A stretch of DNA of 64,000 nucleotides from Marsupella aquatica (taxonomy: Eukaryota; Plantae; Marchantiophyta). The notes under the pieces are model-generated. The model was given only the letters and a program-made list of their open reading frames with translations, was not told where the DNA came from and ran no database searches. Positions 51,446-63,130 of this stretch are shown piece by piece. Each line of letters starts with the position of its first letter. Positions within the stretch are counted from its first letter, which is position 1. The stretch lies in NCBI GenBank assembly GCA_973895155.1, contig OZ316898.1, forward strand, positions 13,856,330 through 13,920,329, in the 5' to 3' direction. The position numbers and the translations under genes are program-made.

Positions 51446-51621
51446 TCCAAAATAAGAGTGGATACCTGGAGTAATAAATGAGATGGTGAGCTCTTTCTCA
51501 GCAACCTACAAAACAGTGATGGAAAAACTGATTTTATTTCTTTGATCAAAATAAAAATATATTCACAAAATGTTTGACCCAAGAACGTTCACCTAAACAC
51601 TTACACACTAATCAAGAAAAT

Positions 51622-51957
51622 TCAACGCGATAAGTTAACCCAAGGATCTTCGTTCCAAATCCGACAACAAAAATATGCCAATCGATGATATTTGTTTTGG
51701 GCATCACGACAATAGTTACAAGAAGAATTAACAGAGTGCAAACAACCACTCAAACATATCCTCGACCGAATCGGAACTCCATCCTCATTTTTTTCACAAA
51801 ACTCTATTCGGAGTGGATTCAAACTATCATGTGGATCCACGCCTCCGGTCCATAGCGCGCCTAATCCAGGACGAAGAACTTTGAGTGCAACTAATCGCTT
51901 ATACAATCGACGAGCACGTTTCTCAAGGTTTTGATTCTGGACCGCCATGAGACTCAC
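51622..51957 (-). CDS. Small basic, Cys/His-rich protein (111 aa), unknown function
   Basis: Open frame with CLSGCLH...CNYC...H...CC, downstream of a TATA box and a predicted 5'-UTR intron. Confidence 0.45.
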   Translation of the reverse strand: MSLMAVQNQNLEKRARRLYKRLVALKVLRPGLGALWTGGVDPHDSLNPLRIEFCEKNEDGVPIRSRICLSGCLHSVNSSCNYCRDAQNKYHRLAYFCCRIWNEDPWVNLSR

Positions 51958-52155
51958 AAGAGAAAACTTTGTTTATCAAGGAAAGCTTAAGCTTGAGTGG
52001 GTGTCGGTCACTGAAAGGCAGCAAGAGCTTCAATGCGTACAGTTCAGTTGAACTTTGCCTGCAAAACAATCAGTAATCCATAAGGTTTTTCCCATCATTC
52101 AAATAAACTCTAGGTAAATACCACATGGGCAATCAAAACTGGACATTTGAAGAGT

Positions 52156-52550
52156 GAATCCCAAACGGGATACGCCGTATCCCATTTCACATTCAATGTT
52201 GAGGTTTTGACATTTATGGTCTAAGATGCTTCATTTTCGCAGGTTGGATGCGACATGGGATACCCCGTATCCCACTTCGCATCCAACCTCCTTTTTCAGC
52301 TAAAGAGAAAACAAACTGGACATTTGAAGAGTGAATCCCAAACGGGATACGCCATATCCCATTTCACATTCAACGTTGAGGTTTTGACATTTGGAGTCTA
52401 CGATACTTCATATTCGGAGGTTGGATGCGACATGGGATACCCCGTATCCCACTTCGCATCCAACCTCCTTTTTTAGCTAATGTGAAACGAAAACTTGAAA
52501 TTTGAGGGTTGAATCCCAAACTTGATACGCCGTATCCCATTTGGGATTCG
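52156..52550. repeat. Palindrome array 5: five units forming a ~177-bp higher-order dimer, in a probable 5'-UTR intron
   Basis: Units at about 52156, 52246, 52333, 52423 and 52511; donor near 52579, acceptor near 52059; further single copy at about 52859-52898. Confidence 0.93.
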
Positions 52551-54113
52551 TCCTCGCCATTTTCAGGAAGATTCTCACCTATTCGTCAAAACTGATTTTT
52601 GGGGAATACGAGTTTGTATAGATGGTGTGCATTCGTCGAGACTAAGAGTATACAGAGCGAGAAAAAATGAGCGTAAAATTCTCAAGAGATGATCTCCTAT
52701 TTATAGTTTTCTCACTGACCGTGGTTAGTATTTGATTGCAGTTGCATCGCAGTCGGTTAAATGTTATCGTTGAGAAGAATTGTTTTGGAATATTCTTGTC
52801 AGGTAAACCAATATCGGCACTTTTACTGCGTTTTTTGTTTTTTTGGAATTCCGCGGTTGGATCCGAAATGGGATACGCCGTATCCCATCTTTGTATTCAT
52901 GTCGATTTTTCCCATTTTTTCAATTCAAAAAACTAGTTTTTAGTGGGAATACTAATTCCGTATCCAAGACTTTTTTGCCTTAGAAACGTTTTTCGCCGCG
53001 GGCAAAACGAGAAGTGTGGTCACACTTCTCGTTTGGTCCGTCACCGTGTTAGAGAGACATTGCCCTACATACCTCAATGATACCCGCGCTTTGCTGTGCC
53101 TATTGGGCTATATTCTTGACACACAAAGTGTGGGATATCCAAAATCTCTGCAAGGTGGGCATTTCAATAGTGAGCTAAGTGAAAAAAGTGCATGACATGC
53201 ACACCTCGGCAAACAATGTGTCAAACTTGCCAAAGTAAACCTCTATGTTACAACTTGAGGAGAATACATGGATGGGCCAAGAAACATCATACCTCTTGGA
53301 CGCGCAGTCTCACGCTATGCATAGTGCATTATAAAAAAAGACTACCAACCTCCCTCAAAAAAACTAATTAACCTACCCCTCCATGCCAAAATCAAGGTAC
53401 TGCACATCATATCCAAACACAAACATTAGCCTAAAAATGGCTTCACGTTATCATAAGAAAATGTACAACACTATCCTCATAAAAACCCTAAACCAATGTC
53501 TCAAGCAAGACTATATAATAATTGCATCATTATAGCCTAACATATTAGGTATGCACAACCAGAGTAAAATTATCCCCCAAAAAATGAAAATCAAGAACAA
53601 ACCCAAAAATTGTATCCGTGAAGAAGGAACTAGTATGCACAAGAGTCACATGCACATCACGGTCACCCTCCCATTAAAAAACCTGTCATTTCAAATGGAA
53701 AGAAAATGTTAACACAACCATACCCAACCCAAATTCAAAAAACCCCAAAACTCTAGAATCCATACCCAATTCAACCCAAACTAAACACATCACACCCCCT
53801 TTGGGAAAGAAAAAGTGCATCCGAAAGAATTCTACGAGGGGTCCGATACTATAAGAAACGGACAAACCTTGGCAAACAAAAGGCAACCCATTAACAACGA
53901 GGGGTCCGATGTCAAACATATCGGAAGGTCCGATACCAATACCGATGTTCTCGGCTTCGGAAAGTCCGAAGCAATTTGCATCGGACGCAACAGGCCAGAT
54001 TTCAAAAAAGAAGTCCCGACGCTGGTGCAAAGACCCGCAAGTCGGGACAAGCTTCGCACTTGACACTTAGGCTATTGCCGAGGCTGGGAGGGGAGCTCAA
54101 AGGAGGAGGGGAG

Positions 54114-56616
54114 ATGGTGGGAGGCGAATCTGGTGGTGGGGATGGGGCTGGACCTTCTCGGGCATACGATGAGGTGATGAAGGAGATTTTTGTTGCTAGG
54201 GCCGGGTTGAGTGTGGAGGATGCAGCTAGAGTAGTCCCGCTTTTGCAGACCTTGTTTGATGCCTCAAAGATTGAGGCTGAGAAAGCTGCTGTAGCAGCCA
54301 TTGCAGCTGCAAAGAAGAAGAAGAAGGAGGCAAAGAGAAGCAGGGCAGATGCAGAGGAGTCTCTCTCTCCTCGAAAATGAGAGAAGAAGCTTCGGAGGGA
54401 GGCTAGGGAAGCTGAGAAGGGGCAAGTAGAGGAGCTCAAGCGAAAGGAAGCAGAGAGAGCTTTGAGGCCTGAGCTACCCCTAAACTCAGGTGGCTCTCCA
54501 TTACCCAGGGGCTACAATCTCTTTCGCAGCCAATTCAAACAAGTGCGGCGGGCCAATTTGGGGCCATTAGATTACTGGGGCAAGAAGGAGGAAGAGAAAT
54601 CCAGAATTCGAGAGCAAGTGAAAGAACGATTCAAGAACGGGGCACACATTGATGATAGGTTCTTGAACAAGAGGATATCGGCCTCACTCTCAGACATGCG
54701 AAACCATCAAAGAGAGAAATTCAGGAACTACGTTGCTGAGATGCCGATGGATGCAGAGGTGGTCAGGGAGTAGGGCTGTCCAGATGCGCTTTCCTCAGAT
54801 GAGTGGGCAGCTTGGCTTGAGGAGGAACTAGCAGTCCGAGCCTGGCTGCAAAAATGTCACTACAATCTCAAAATCACCCTGGCAGAGGAGAAGAGGAAAG
54901 CTGGAGAGGAAATTGACATCCTCCCCCTCCAACAGATGCAACGACAGTGGCATGCACAAGAGGTAAGACTCCCCAAGCCACCAAAGGACATCATAGCAGC
55001 TTTGCAACGAGTGCAAGGTCGACCTGTGGTCACTCACCGGATGGGGCAAGGCGGCTCCAATCGACTGAAGGCCAAATTTGTAAGACCCCTCTCCCTCCTC
55101 CCTAGCTCCTCCCCCCGACCACCTGACCTTCTGTTGCAAAGAGTGACCATTTTTTTGCCTCCAAATGCTTTAAACCCTTTGCGGCCCAATGGTGTAATTT
55201 GCTCTCGGCCCTGTGCTTTCCGATAGGTGTCCGATTCTTTCTGCATCGGACCCGGCATCGGACCTCTTGTTATTCATTTTTTGCCACTAACGTTTCGTGG
55301 CAGTTCCGATGCTAAGACAATCGGATGGAGAATCGGACCCCTAGTGGAAAGCTTAATTATCAGGTTTTGTGGCATTTTTAGGGGGCTTATAGCAATAGTT
55401 TAACTCGGGTATTAGGTTTAGGGGTTTCATGATTGAGTAGCACTTTGTGGAGCTTTTTAAATTAGGGTTAAATTTGAGAACTAGTTTGATTAGGGGTTTA
55501 TATATAGGGTATAGGATATGTATGGGTATGTGGCTGGGGTCCTATTTTAAATTAGGGTTTACTATGATAACAGTTTTAATGAGGGGTATGTAGGGTGTGC
55601 ATTATGGGGTCCAAGATTGCTTGGTTTCATGCTAATGGGATATTTTTTGGGGGACTGTGAACTGCTAGGAAAGGGAGTGGGGTAGACCTATTGGGCCATC
55701 CGAGAGGGATTTGGCAAAGAGGAATGGACCCCGCGCTCTTAAGCGCCACCTTGAGGATGAGTTGGGAGAGGTTTGTGTTCCCCCTAGGTTAAGAAAATGT
55801 TTTTGGTTATGGTGAATTTGTTAGAGTTTTGGAGGCCCTATATAAACAAATTTAACAACAATTTAATCCTAGCTATGTATTGCGTAGGAGGAGTCAGGAT
55901 CGGATGAGGAGTCAGGTGGGGCAGGTGATGAGGGTGCAGGTGATGAGGACGGTGGTGATGAGGATGCTGGTGATGAGGATGTTGGTGATGAGAATGCAGG
56001 TGATGAGGATGCAGAGGATGCGGCAGGGTCGGCGAGAGTGGCCACGGTTACCCCTATCCCTCATGTTGCCCCCACATCAGCAGAGGGTGCTGGTTCACAT
56101 GATGCTAATGGTGTGGGCTCCCATCATTCAGCAGCATCACGGGGTGGTAGGCCCGGGCCGTCAGGGGGTAGTAGAGGTCGTGTGGGACCAGGCCATCGGT
56201 CAGGGGTACATAGTGTACCAGCTGGCCCTCCATGACGAGGGACTAGTGACATACAGCATGGTGGTTCTAGGGGTCGAGCGCCATCTCGTGAGTCTGGTGG
56301 GAGTACAGCACGGCACGGGCCAGAGACAGCACATGCAGGTGGAGCATCCCATCACTCGCGTAAGTCTACCGGAGAGGGCTCCTTCCACTCTGCTGTGTCG
56401 GGGGGTGGTGGGATATCTGTCTTGCCTGAGCACCGTAGTGGTGCATCTAGTGGTTCAGGGTCTAGACCGGCATCAGGCCAACCCACGCCATCCGCTGAGC
56501 AGGTGGCTGCCACGGTTGTGGGCAGCCACCAACATGAGGGGTCTCGCGCTCCCGAACCTGTACCCCGCCCACGCTCTCGCTCGAAGAAGAAGAAGGGATG
56601 CAACACACCTTTTTAG
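54114..56616 (+). pseudogene. CACTA second gene (TnpA/Ptta-like), spliced, divergent from the transposase
   Basis: In-frame ORF pieces separated by stops; THRMGQGGSNRLKAKF motif; acidic and Gly/Ser-rich tail; inside the CACTA TIRs. Confidence 0.65.
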
Positions 56617-58019
56617 AGGTTTGTGGTACATAGTGTCTAATAGCTTTGATTAGAGGTACCACGTAGTGTAGGCCAATTAGAGCCTCATTTTGGTGTTTCA
56701 TGTAGCCGTCATCGGCCATATGGCTCTACTGCCTATCTGCCCATTTCATTTTGTACATTGGGGTGTTCCCCATTGTGAAAACCTGATATTTAATTCAACC
56801 ACTACCTTGCTTTGAGCATGCTCTTTGGACCCTATTTTGTCAATCTTAGCCTGAACCCTAAACCTAAACCCCCAAATGATTCCCATGAATCCAGTATTAA
56901 ACCCCCACAAACCCTAAATATCCATTATTAGTCAAGCCGGTGACCCAGCTCATATCAGATACCATACGCTACGGAACTTCCGAAGTAAAATATTTCGGAC
57001 CCCTCCTCCCAAATGTCCGATATTTTCAGCATCGCAATTTGCGTTACAAACCACTACGGATGTCCCGATACGTATTGCTACGCAAACTCCGATATGTTTT
57101 ACGTCGGACTATCCCATATAAAATGCATCGGACCCTTGATATTACCTTGCTGTAGCATCTTAGTATCCGATGAAATTAGAATCGGACACAAATTATCCAA
57201 AACATCCAGTAACAGATGTACCGATTGTTTCAGCAACGGATGTATCGATTGTTTCAGCAACGGAAAGTCCAATGGATGTCCAATTGTCGATATCCGATGA
57301 ATGAAGTATGGGAAATTGCGAAGTAAATCACATCGGACGCCTCATTTTTCCGCGTCAAAATTTCTGAAGGAGTTCGATGTTGTTAGGATCGGAAAAAGGG
57401 CCGAAAATGTACTAGTGATCAGTGGCAAAAACTCAGAACTCCTTCCTCCCGTGGGCAAAATCGTCAATCTTGGACTCAAAACGATCACCTCTTTGTGATC
57501 TATCCGTTCAGCCCAAGCACTTCACATCTCTCCCTCCGAGTCGAGCGCAATGACAAGAAATCCCACTCAGGCAAAAGAAGACTCCATAGCCGGTCAGAAA
57601 ATCAGAATGCTTCTTTTTCTCGTCCCGTCGCACACGGTACTCACTTGGTAACAAATCAGCTACCAAAATGGCCAGCTCGTCCCGATCTACAAGCGGAGCT
57701 ATAGTATGTGACGTCTCCTTTGCCGTAAAGCTCACACCATCGGGAAAACAAACTCTGGTCCCTCCTCCAAAAAACCGTCGAACATGAATGTTGCCAACTT
57801 TCTTCACAACTTCCAAAACGACAAAAACTTAGATCTCTCCGCACCACAATCTCTGTTCAACGATTTCTTTGCACTGTTAGAAAGCCCTTGCCCCGATCTA
57901 TCCGTTGAGCCCATAAACTCCAAGTTCCATGCGATGGAACTCCGAAAAATCAACCGACACTCAACGCTGGAAAAAACCATCACGAAATCCCGTCACAAAC
58001 AATGTCACCTCCCAGGCGT

Positions 58020-58031
58020 GCTCTAATACCA
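58020..58031 (-). promoter_or_regulatory. Copia PBS (tRNA-Met-i)
   Basis: Minus strand TGGTATTAGAGC, one mismatch to TGGTATCAGAGC. Confidence 0.9.
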
Positions 58032-58033
58032 AT

Positions 58034-58376
58034 TGTTGAGCATAGACAACACTCGTAACGGTAAGCACATGACACATCCAACGCGCAAGTAGTCGACACA
58101 AGATATATGTGGTTCACCTCCTCGAGGCTACGTCCACGGGAACACACAAGAGAACTTTACTGAACTCTAAGCCCGTCGGCTAAACCAAGTCTCCACAGTG
58201 TAAGCTCTCCTCATCTCTCAAGTGGCCCTATAACAATGAGCCTAAGTTCCACTTATCCAAGCAAACACCGCTTGGCATATAGTGTGCATCCTAGTTAACC
58301 TAACCACGTCTCCGACTATGGTTAGCCTAACTACGGTTACATGTCGTAACCCTAGACCTTGAGTAAATACCTAACA
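58034..58376 (-). repeat. Copia 5' LTR
   Basis: Direct repeat of 20270-20612, followed by TSD GACAC. Confidence 0.96.
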
Positions 58377-58839
58377 GACACGCTCGATTGACCCACTTGA
58401 GAGCAATGGACATACATTTATGGAAATGGTTGTGCAGGACTCAAAGGCTCGCCCATAATGCAAGACAATGTTGTTTAAAGTTTGCATAGATGAGCAGGGT
58501 GACTCCACCTGAAATCTTGCCATATAGCTTTCATGATCAATGGAGATGTGACGCCGGTGACATGGTCCTTATTCAATAATACGATGGAATTGGTATGCTA
58601 TGCACAGTAAGTAACTATGAGACTGTAGAAGGATCAGCGAGATGGCAAGAATAAGGGCAATCATATGTCGCGGGTGGTCGGCGACCGTATCTCTTTCAAT
58701 GTGTCGCCAAATCCGGATCTATAAAGAGCATTGGAAAGATCTGGTCAAGGCGAGTAAAATCGATATAAAACACTTGGGAAACGGAGGTGTATTAAGAAAG
58801 ATACGGCCTGGTTAGTGTGCCGGGTTAACTTGTGGCCGG

Positions 58840-59220
58840 AATTAGCGGGTTTGGCTTCGGTTTTGGGTTAACCTAAGCTTGGCCACGGCTTAGCTTAGGT
58901 CAGCCCGGCTTCAGCTTAGGCTTAGCCCAAGTTTGGGTTAGCCTGACCTCGGGCCCGGGTTAGCATAGGTCAGCTCGGGTTTGGGCTCAGACTAGCGGAC
59001 TAGCAGACTAGCGGATAGCGGCTAGCAGACTAGCAGGATAGCGGCTAGCAGACTAGCAGGATAGCGGCTAGCAGACTAGTGGACTAGTGGCTAGCAGACT
59101 AGCGGCTAGCAGACTAGCGGCTAGTAGATTAGCCAGAGGCCACGGGTTAGCTCTACTCGGGCTAGATAGGATAGCTTGGCTAGCCAAACTCGGGTTAGCT
59201 ATGTAACTCGGGTTAGCGCA
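58840..59220. repeat. GGGTTAGC and CTAGCAGA/CTAGCGG short tandem repeats in solo LTR C
   Basis: Directly visible degenerate 7-8-bp units. Confidence 0.85.
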
Positions 59221-59392
59221 ACAGTGCGTACCCCCTCTCGGTTGCGGGGGCATAATTTTCTCTGTATTTGCCCAAATCGACTATAATTGACCTCGTTGGA
59301 AAGAGGAGCTCAAGCCGCTTCCAACGCTGCTATCCACGCAGCAAATGGTTGAATAGAGAAATCTGGAGAGGAGGCGCAAGCTCGCAAAAATT

Positions 59393-59689
59393 CTCGGGGG
59401 TTTCACTTCCACAAAAATGGCATATCACGTGCGACGAAGGATAGGGTCATTTTATTGGTTGTAAGGGAAGACTTAAGAATTTTTGTAGAAGAACAATAGG
59501 GTCTTTTAAATTCAATTTTGAGACTTATAAGAATATTATGGTCTTTTTAATCCAATTTTTGGAATATTCCAAGAATATTCCAACTTTATAGGGGTTAAAA
59601 AATAATATTTTTTTCTTACATTTTAGGGCATCCAAGGCCTAAAAACGTCGCAGGTGATGGGGAGGTCCCCATAGAGTGAGACCCCCGAG
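59393..59689. mobile_element. MITE (297 bp), same family as 11709-12005, opposite orientation
   Basis: TIRs CTCGGGGGTTTCACT / AGTGAGACCCCCGAG; TSD CAAAAATT. Confidence 0.94.
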
Positions 59690-62645
59690 CAAAAATTGTG
59701 GAGGAGGGCCAAATCCGAAATACATAGTCCGTTTGAGATAGAAATAAAGTTGCGAGTTAGGGTTTAGTAGTTAGATATAGTGGCGGCTCTGTTAGGGCTA
59801 GGATGGGGCGCCAACAACGTAGCATCCACCCATTTGGGCTTAGTGTGAGAGTATATAGGGCAGCCCCCCCGGTAGAGGCAGGGGGGACTTCAGTTGTGTG
59901 ATCTCACGTAGACTGAGCATCAGGGAGGAGCTCTGTGCAAGCAAGGCTGGACTTGGACGTCGTGTGTTGGGGAGAGCTGGGTTATGCTATTACTCAGGGA
60001 GTAATCAGCCAAGCTTCACAGCAACGGTTTGCCAGGTTTGCGAGCTGGATTGTGGCTCTTTCTAGTGGGCAGCACAACTGGGTTCTTTTCCCCCGATACA
60101 TAACCTTGGTGATAGGTGACGTATTGGTGATTATAAACTGTGGGGAGGATTTTGATTGCATTTACGATGAGCACAATAGGGAGGCTGAGACACTGATCGA
60201 GGTGCAGCAGGAGGAGCATTTACAGTTCAGTTTGGCAAGGCTACGTGATCCATGGGGAGTCTCGGCCTTTGTTTGGTAGAGAGCACTAAGGGATTTATGG
60301 CCAAAGCTGAGCTTGCAAGGCAAGCATGAGGCCGGGCCTCATTGCAGTCTGGGGTAGATCGCCGTTAGGCCTGGTACCAGCTTTGAAGTCGAGTCAACTG
60401 TGCATGCGTAACTTGACATTCTGAAATGGAGGTGTGAGATCTGTATGTGCCCCCAAGAATGAAGTGCAGTGAAGGAGGTTGAGTTCAGGATTGAGTTTGC
60501 AAGGCAAGTACGGGATTGGTTCGAGTCCAATCTGCCGTCGCAATCTGGAGTGAGCCGGGCTCAGGTTCAGGATTGAACTTGCATGGCAAGCACGGGGCTT
60601 GCGGGGCAAGCATGTCGCAATCTGGAGTAGACAGCCTTCGGGACTATTGTTCGAATCAAGTGTTCTCAATGAACTATTGTGCACATCGTTGAATCTAATT
60701 GAGTTTTCCTCTCAGGCCTCATTTCTCTCATGGATGTGTGTGTGTGTGAGGCAATCTGAGTGTATGATGGGACTAGCAGCGCCACTGAGAGGTGTACCGG
60801 GTGCATTGAAGTGGGTTGGGTGAGGGCTGTCATAACTCTGATTGCTGGGAGTGGAATGGCAGAGTGGTGGGGCAATGGCTTAGAAGTCCCTAAGCTGGGA
60901 ATCAGTCAGAGTCACTGATTTATGGGTACATTCCGGCGGCGGAATAGAAACATACCTATGGTAGTAAGCATACGTATAGACATATGTGCACCGTAGCGCT
61001 AGGCCCTGTGTGTACGGGCCCGACATGAAGACCCCCTTCTCACCAGAACTATCATGAGTGCAAGAGCTGATTCCCAACCTTGGTCCTTTGGGATTGAGCT
61101 TGGGTGATGTGTGACAGAGTCTTGCTATGATAGTCTGGCGTTAAGGGGATAAACCGGTGTATACCAGCCTTCACAACATCCCTCCGTGATCCTCAGGTAC
61201 AAGGAGATAGTTTTGGCACCCAATAGTGACAGCTTTGGTGTCAAGACCCAATGTCAACCGCTTGACAGGAGACAAGGGGGTTTTATGGAGAGTAGCATTC
61301 CTGGGATACCAAGGCACGTTGTACGACAGGAAGGGTCGCCATTACTTCAAAGACTTTAATTCATGACACCATTGATCTCATATTCGGAGATGGCCAATCC
61401 TACTACGAGGTAATACTTCACCTTATGCCCCAACTTCATGTACGTTGCTGCCAATGAACGTGATGCTGGTGCTGGAACGATGGCTGAATTGGATTTCTAA
61501 TTGTAATTTTCACGGTCGTCATGCAGACTTGTTACTTGGATTTAGTCTCGACTTCATTTGGCTTGATAACAGCTCCAAAGAGAGCAGTGAAAAGTGACAC
61601 CTCTGGTTACTCATTTGTGGACTGCGTCGTGAACGGAACTGGGGAAAGTTACTTGGGAAGAGATAGGACGGCTCCGCTGACCAACTTTAGCTGGACTTCA
61701 GATGCATTGTCCAACACATATCTCACTACTTTTCAATCTCAATAAAAATAAAAACAGAGGGGTCCACAAACTAATTTTCATTTACTGTCCTAAGTAATGG
61801 AGCTTACCCTATGAATTTTATTTTTTTGGATGTTTTCTCTGCATCCCCTTGTACCAGAAATAAAGGAGAAGAATTTAGCCCACTCCCACTCTCCATTTGT
61901 ACTATGAGATTAAGTTTGTGTAAAAGTGAATATTAGATATAAAAAAGTTCAATCAATCATTATTGCTTACACATGACAGCCATAAGGAAGTTGTTTGGTA
62001 AATATGATCATAAAAATACTCCTATCTTCCTGGATTATTTCAAAGTCTGGCAAAAAAGCTTACTACTAGACAGATGTATTCTTGGTGAATTCAGTCATGA
62101 ACTATTTTGTCATTATTTTCTGGCCAGGGCAGTGGCTGAGGCACACTAGTACCCACCGCTGGAGATATTAATTCATATACAATAGAGTGCTGAAACTTGA
62201 GCACGTTGTAGCCTCCGTGGTAGCACCAACAAAATTTTCTGACAAAAGTGTCTGGTCACAACGCAAAGTGGCGGGCCAATGGAACCTGGCCATCTGAGTG
62301 TGGATGTTGTGAGCTGCCTGCATGGCGCATGAGCCCATCAAATTGATGATGAAGTCTCTCAAAGATATGAATGGCAAGGGGGTGGGGGTGGGGGAAGCTA
62401 TGTGATAAGGCTTGTGCTACATATTTTGCCTCTTTGGTCATTGCTGCTAAGGACATTTGGAATTTTGTACTCTTTAGATATATGACAAGTTATTTTAAAA
62501 TTCCAGAAAGCAATAAATAAATATATTCATTTATATTAAGCTTTTGATTTGTACACACATAGATCAGGGGTTTAGTTACTCTTAGTGGGACCTCAACATT
62601 ATTTTGTACTTAATGGGTCAAATATAATGAGCAAAGACCCCTAGT

Positions 62646-62914
62646 CTTGGGGGTTTCACTCCACAATTTGGCACATTGTGTGCAGCAAAGCATTTTATAG
62701 TTGTAAAGGAATACTTTAAAACATTGGAAGACAATTAGGGTCTTTTAAACCCAATTTGAGACCTATTAGAACATTAGGGTCTTTGTAATCAATATTTTGG
62801 AAAATTCTGATATTCCAAGAATTTTTTTACTTGCTAGGGGTAATAAATAATTATTTTGCTTACATTTTAGGGGGTCCCGGGCCAAAAAACCATTGCATAA
62901 AGTGAGACCCCAAA
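62646..62914. mobile_element. Old diverged copy of the 297-bp MITE
   Basis: CTTGGGGGTTTCACT...AGTGAGACCCCAA with collinear internal similarity; TSD no longer recognisable. Confidence 0.75.
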
Positions 62915-62951
62915 TCCCCCTCTTCAGTCCTCTTCCCTCACTTCAGTCCTC

Positions 62952-63130
62952 TTTGTCCCTCATTTCTTCAATATTCTGCTTAACATGTCCTCAGTAACTT
63001 TGTTAACACCACTTCTTTGTCCCTCATTTCTTCAATACTCTGCTTAAAATGTCCTCAGTAACTTTGTTAACACCACTTCTTTGTCCCTCATTTCTTCAAT
63101 ATTCTGCTTAACATGTCCTCAGTAGCTTTT
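62952..63130. repeat. 64-bp tandem repeat, about 2.8 copies
   Basis: Unit CTTTGTCCCTCATTTCTTCAATATTCTGCTTAACATGTCCTCAGTAACTTTGTTAACACCACTT. Confidence 0.9.

Larger units (their letters stand above)
31752..53050 (+). mobile_element. Large Sola-like (DDD) TIR DNA transposon with cargo genes, about 12.7 kb without its inserts
   Basis: ~34-bp TIRs AACAC(A/G)GTGACGGACCAAACGAGAA..TGACCA; TSD AGAG (4 bp), or TAGAGA (6 bp) if the ends are 31753/53049; encodes a Sola-type transposase. Confidence 0.88.
26312..57417 (-). mobile_element. CACTA (En/Spm) DNA transposon inserted in the Copia leader
   Basis: TIRs CACTAGTACATTTT / AAAATGTACTAGTG; 3-bp TSD ATC; subterminal TCCGAT/ATCGGA repeats at about 26320-26810 and 56960-57400; Tnp2 transposase. 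Confidence 0.96.
20270..58376 (-). mobile_element. Ty1/Copia LTR retrotransposon inflated to 38 kb by nested insertions
   Basis: 343-bp LTRs TGTTG...CTAACA; TSD GACAC (20265-20269 and 58377-58381); Met-i PBS; PPT; gag-PR-INT-RT-RH order. Confidence 0.96.
58547..61267 (+). mobile_element. Solo LTR C (about 2.4 kb plus a MITE), related to units A and B but without a long ORF
   Basis: TGTGAC...TTGACA ends; TSD GGAGA (58542-58546 and 61268-61272); shares TTTGAAGTCGAGTCAAC, GTACCGGGTGC and ATTCCGGCGGCGGAA blocks with unit B. Confidence 0.88.
58523..61665 (+). pseudogene. Pectin methylesterase (pectinesterase) gene fragment, split by solo LTR C
   Basis: IAFMING|DKG..FYG..AFLGYQGTLYDRKGRHYFKD..DTIDLIFGDGQSYYE, intron 61410-61526, then TCYL...FGLITA...GYSFVDCVVNGTGESYLGR; catalytic QDT changed to QGT; frameshifts. 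Confidence 0.88.

Noticed and set aside
55410-55560. Interstitial telomere array
   Set aside because: Only scattered degenerate TTAGGG-like words in a CACTA intron, not a tandem TTTAGGG run
55880-56653. 257-aa ORF with MRMLV repeats as a separate gene
   Set aside because: Alternative-frame reading of the GGTGATGAG (Gly-Asp-Glu) low-complexity exon of the CACTA second gene
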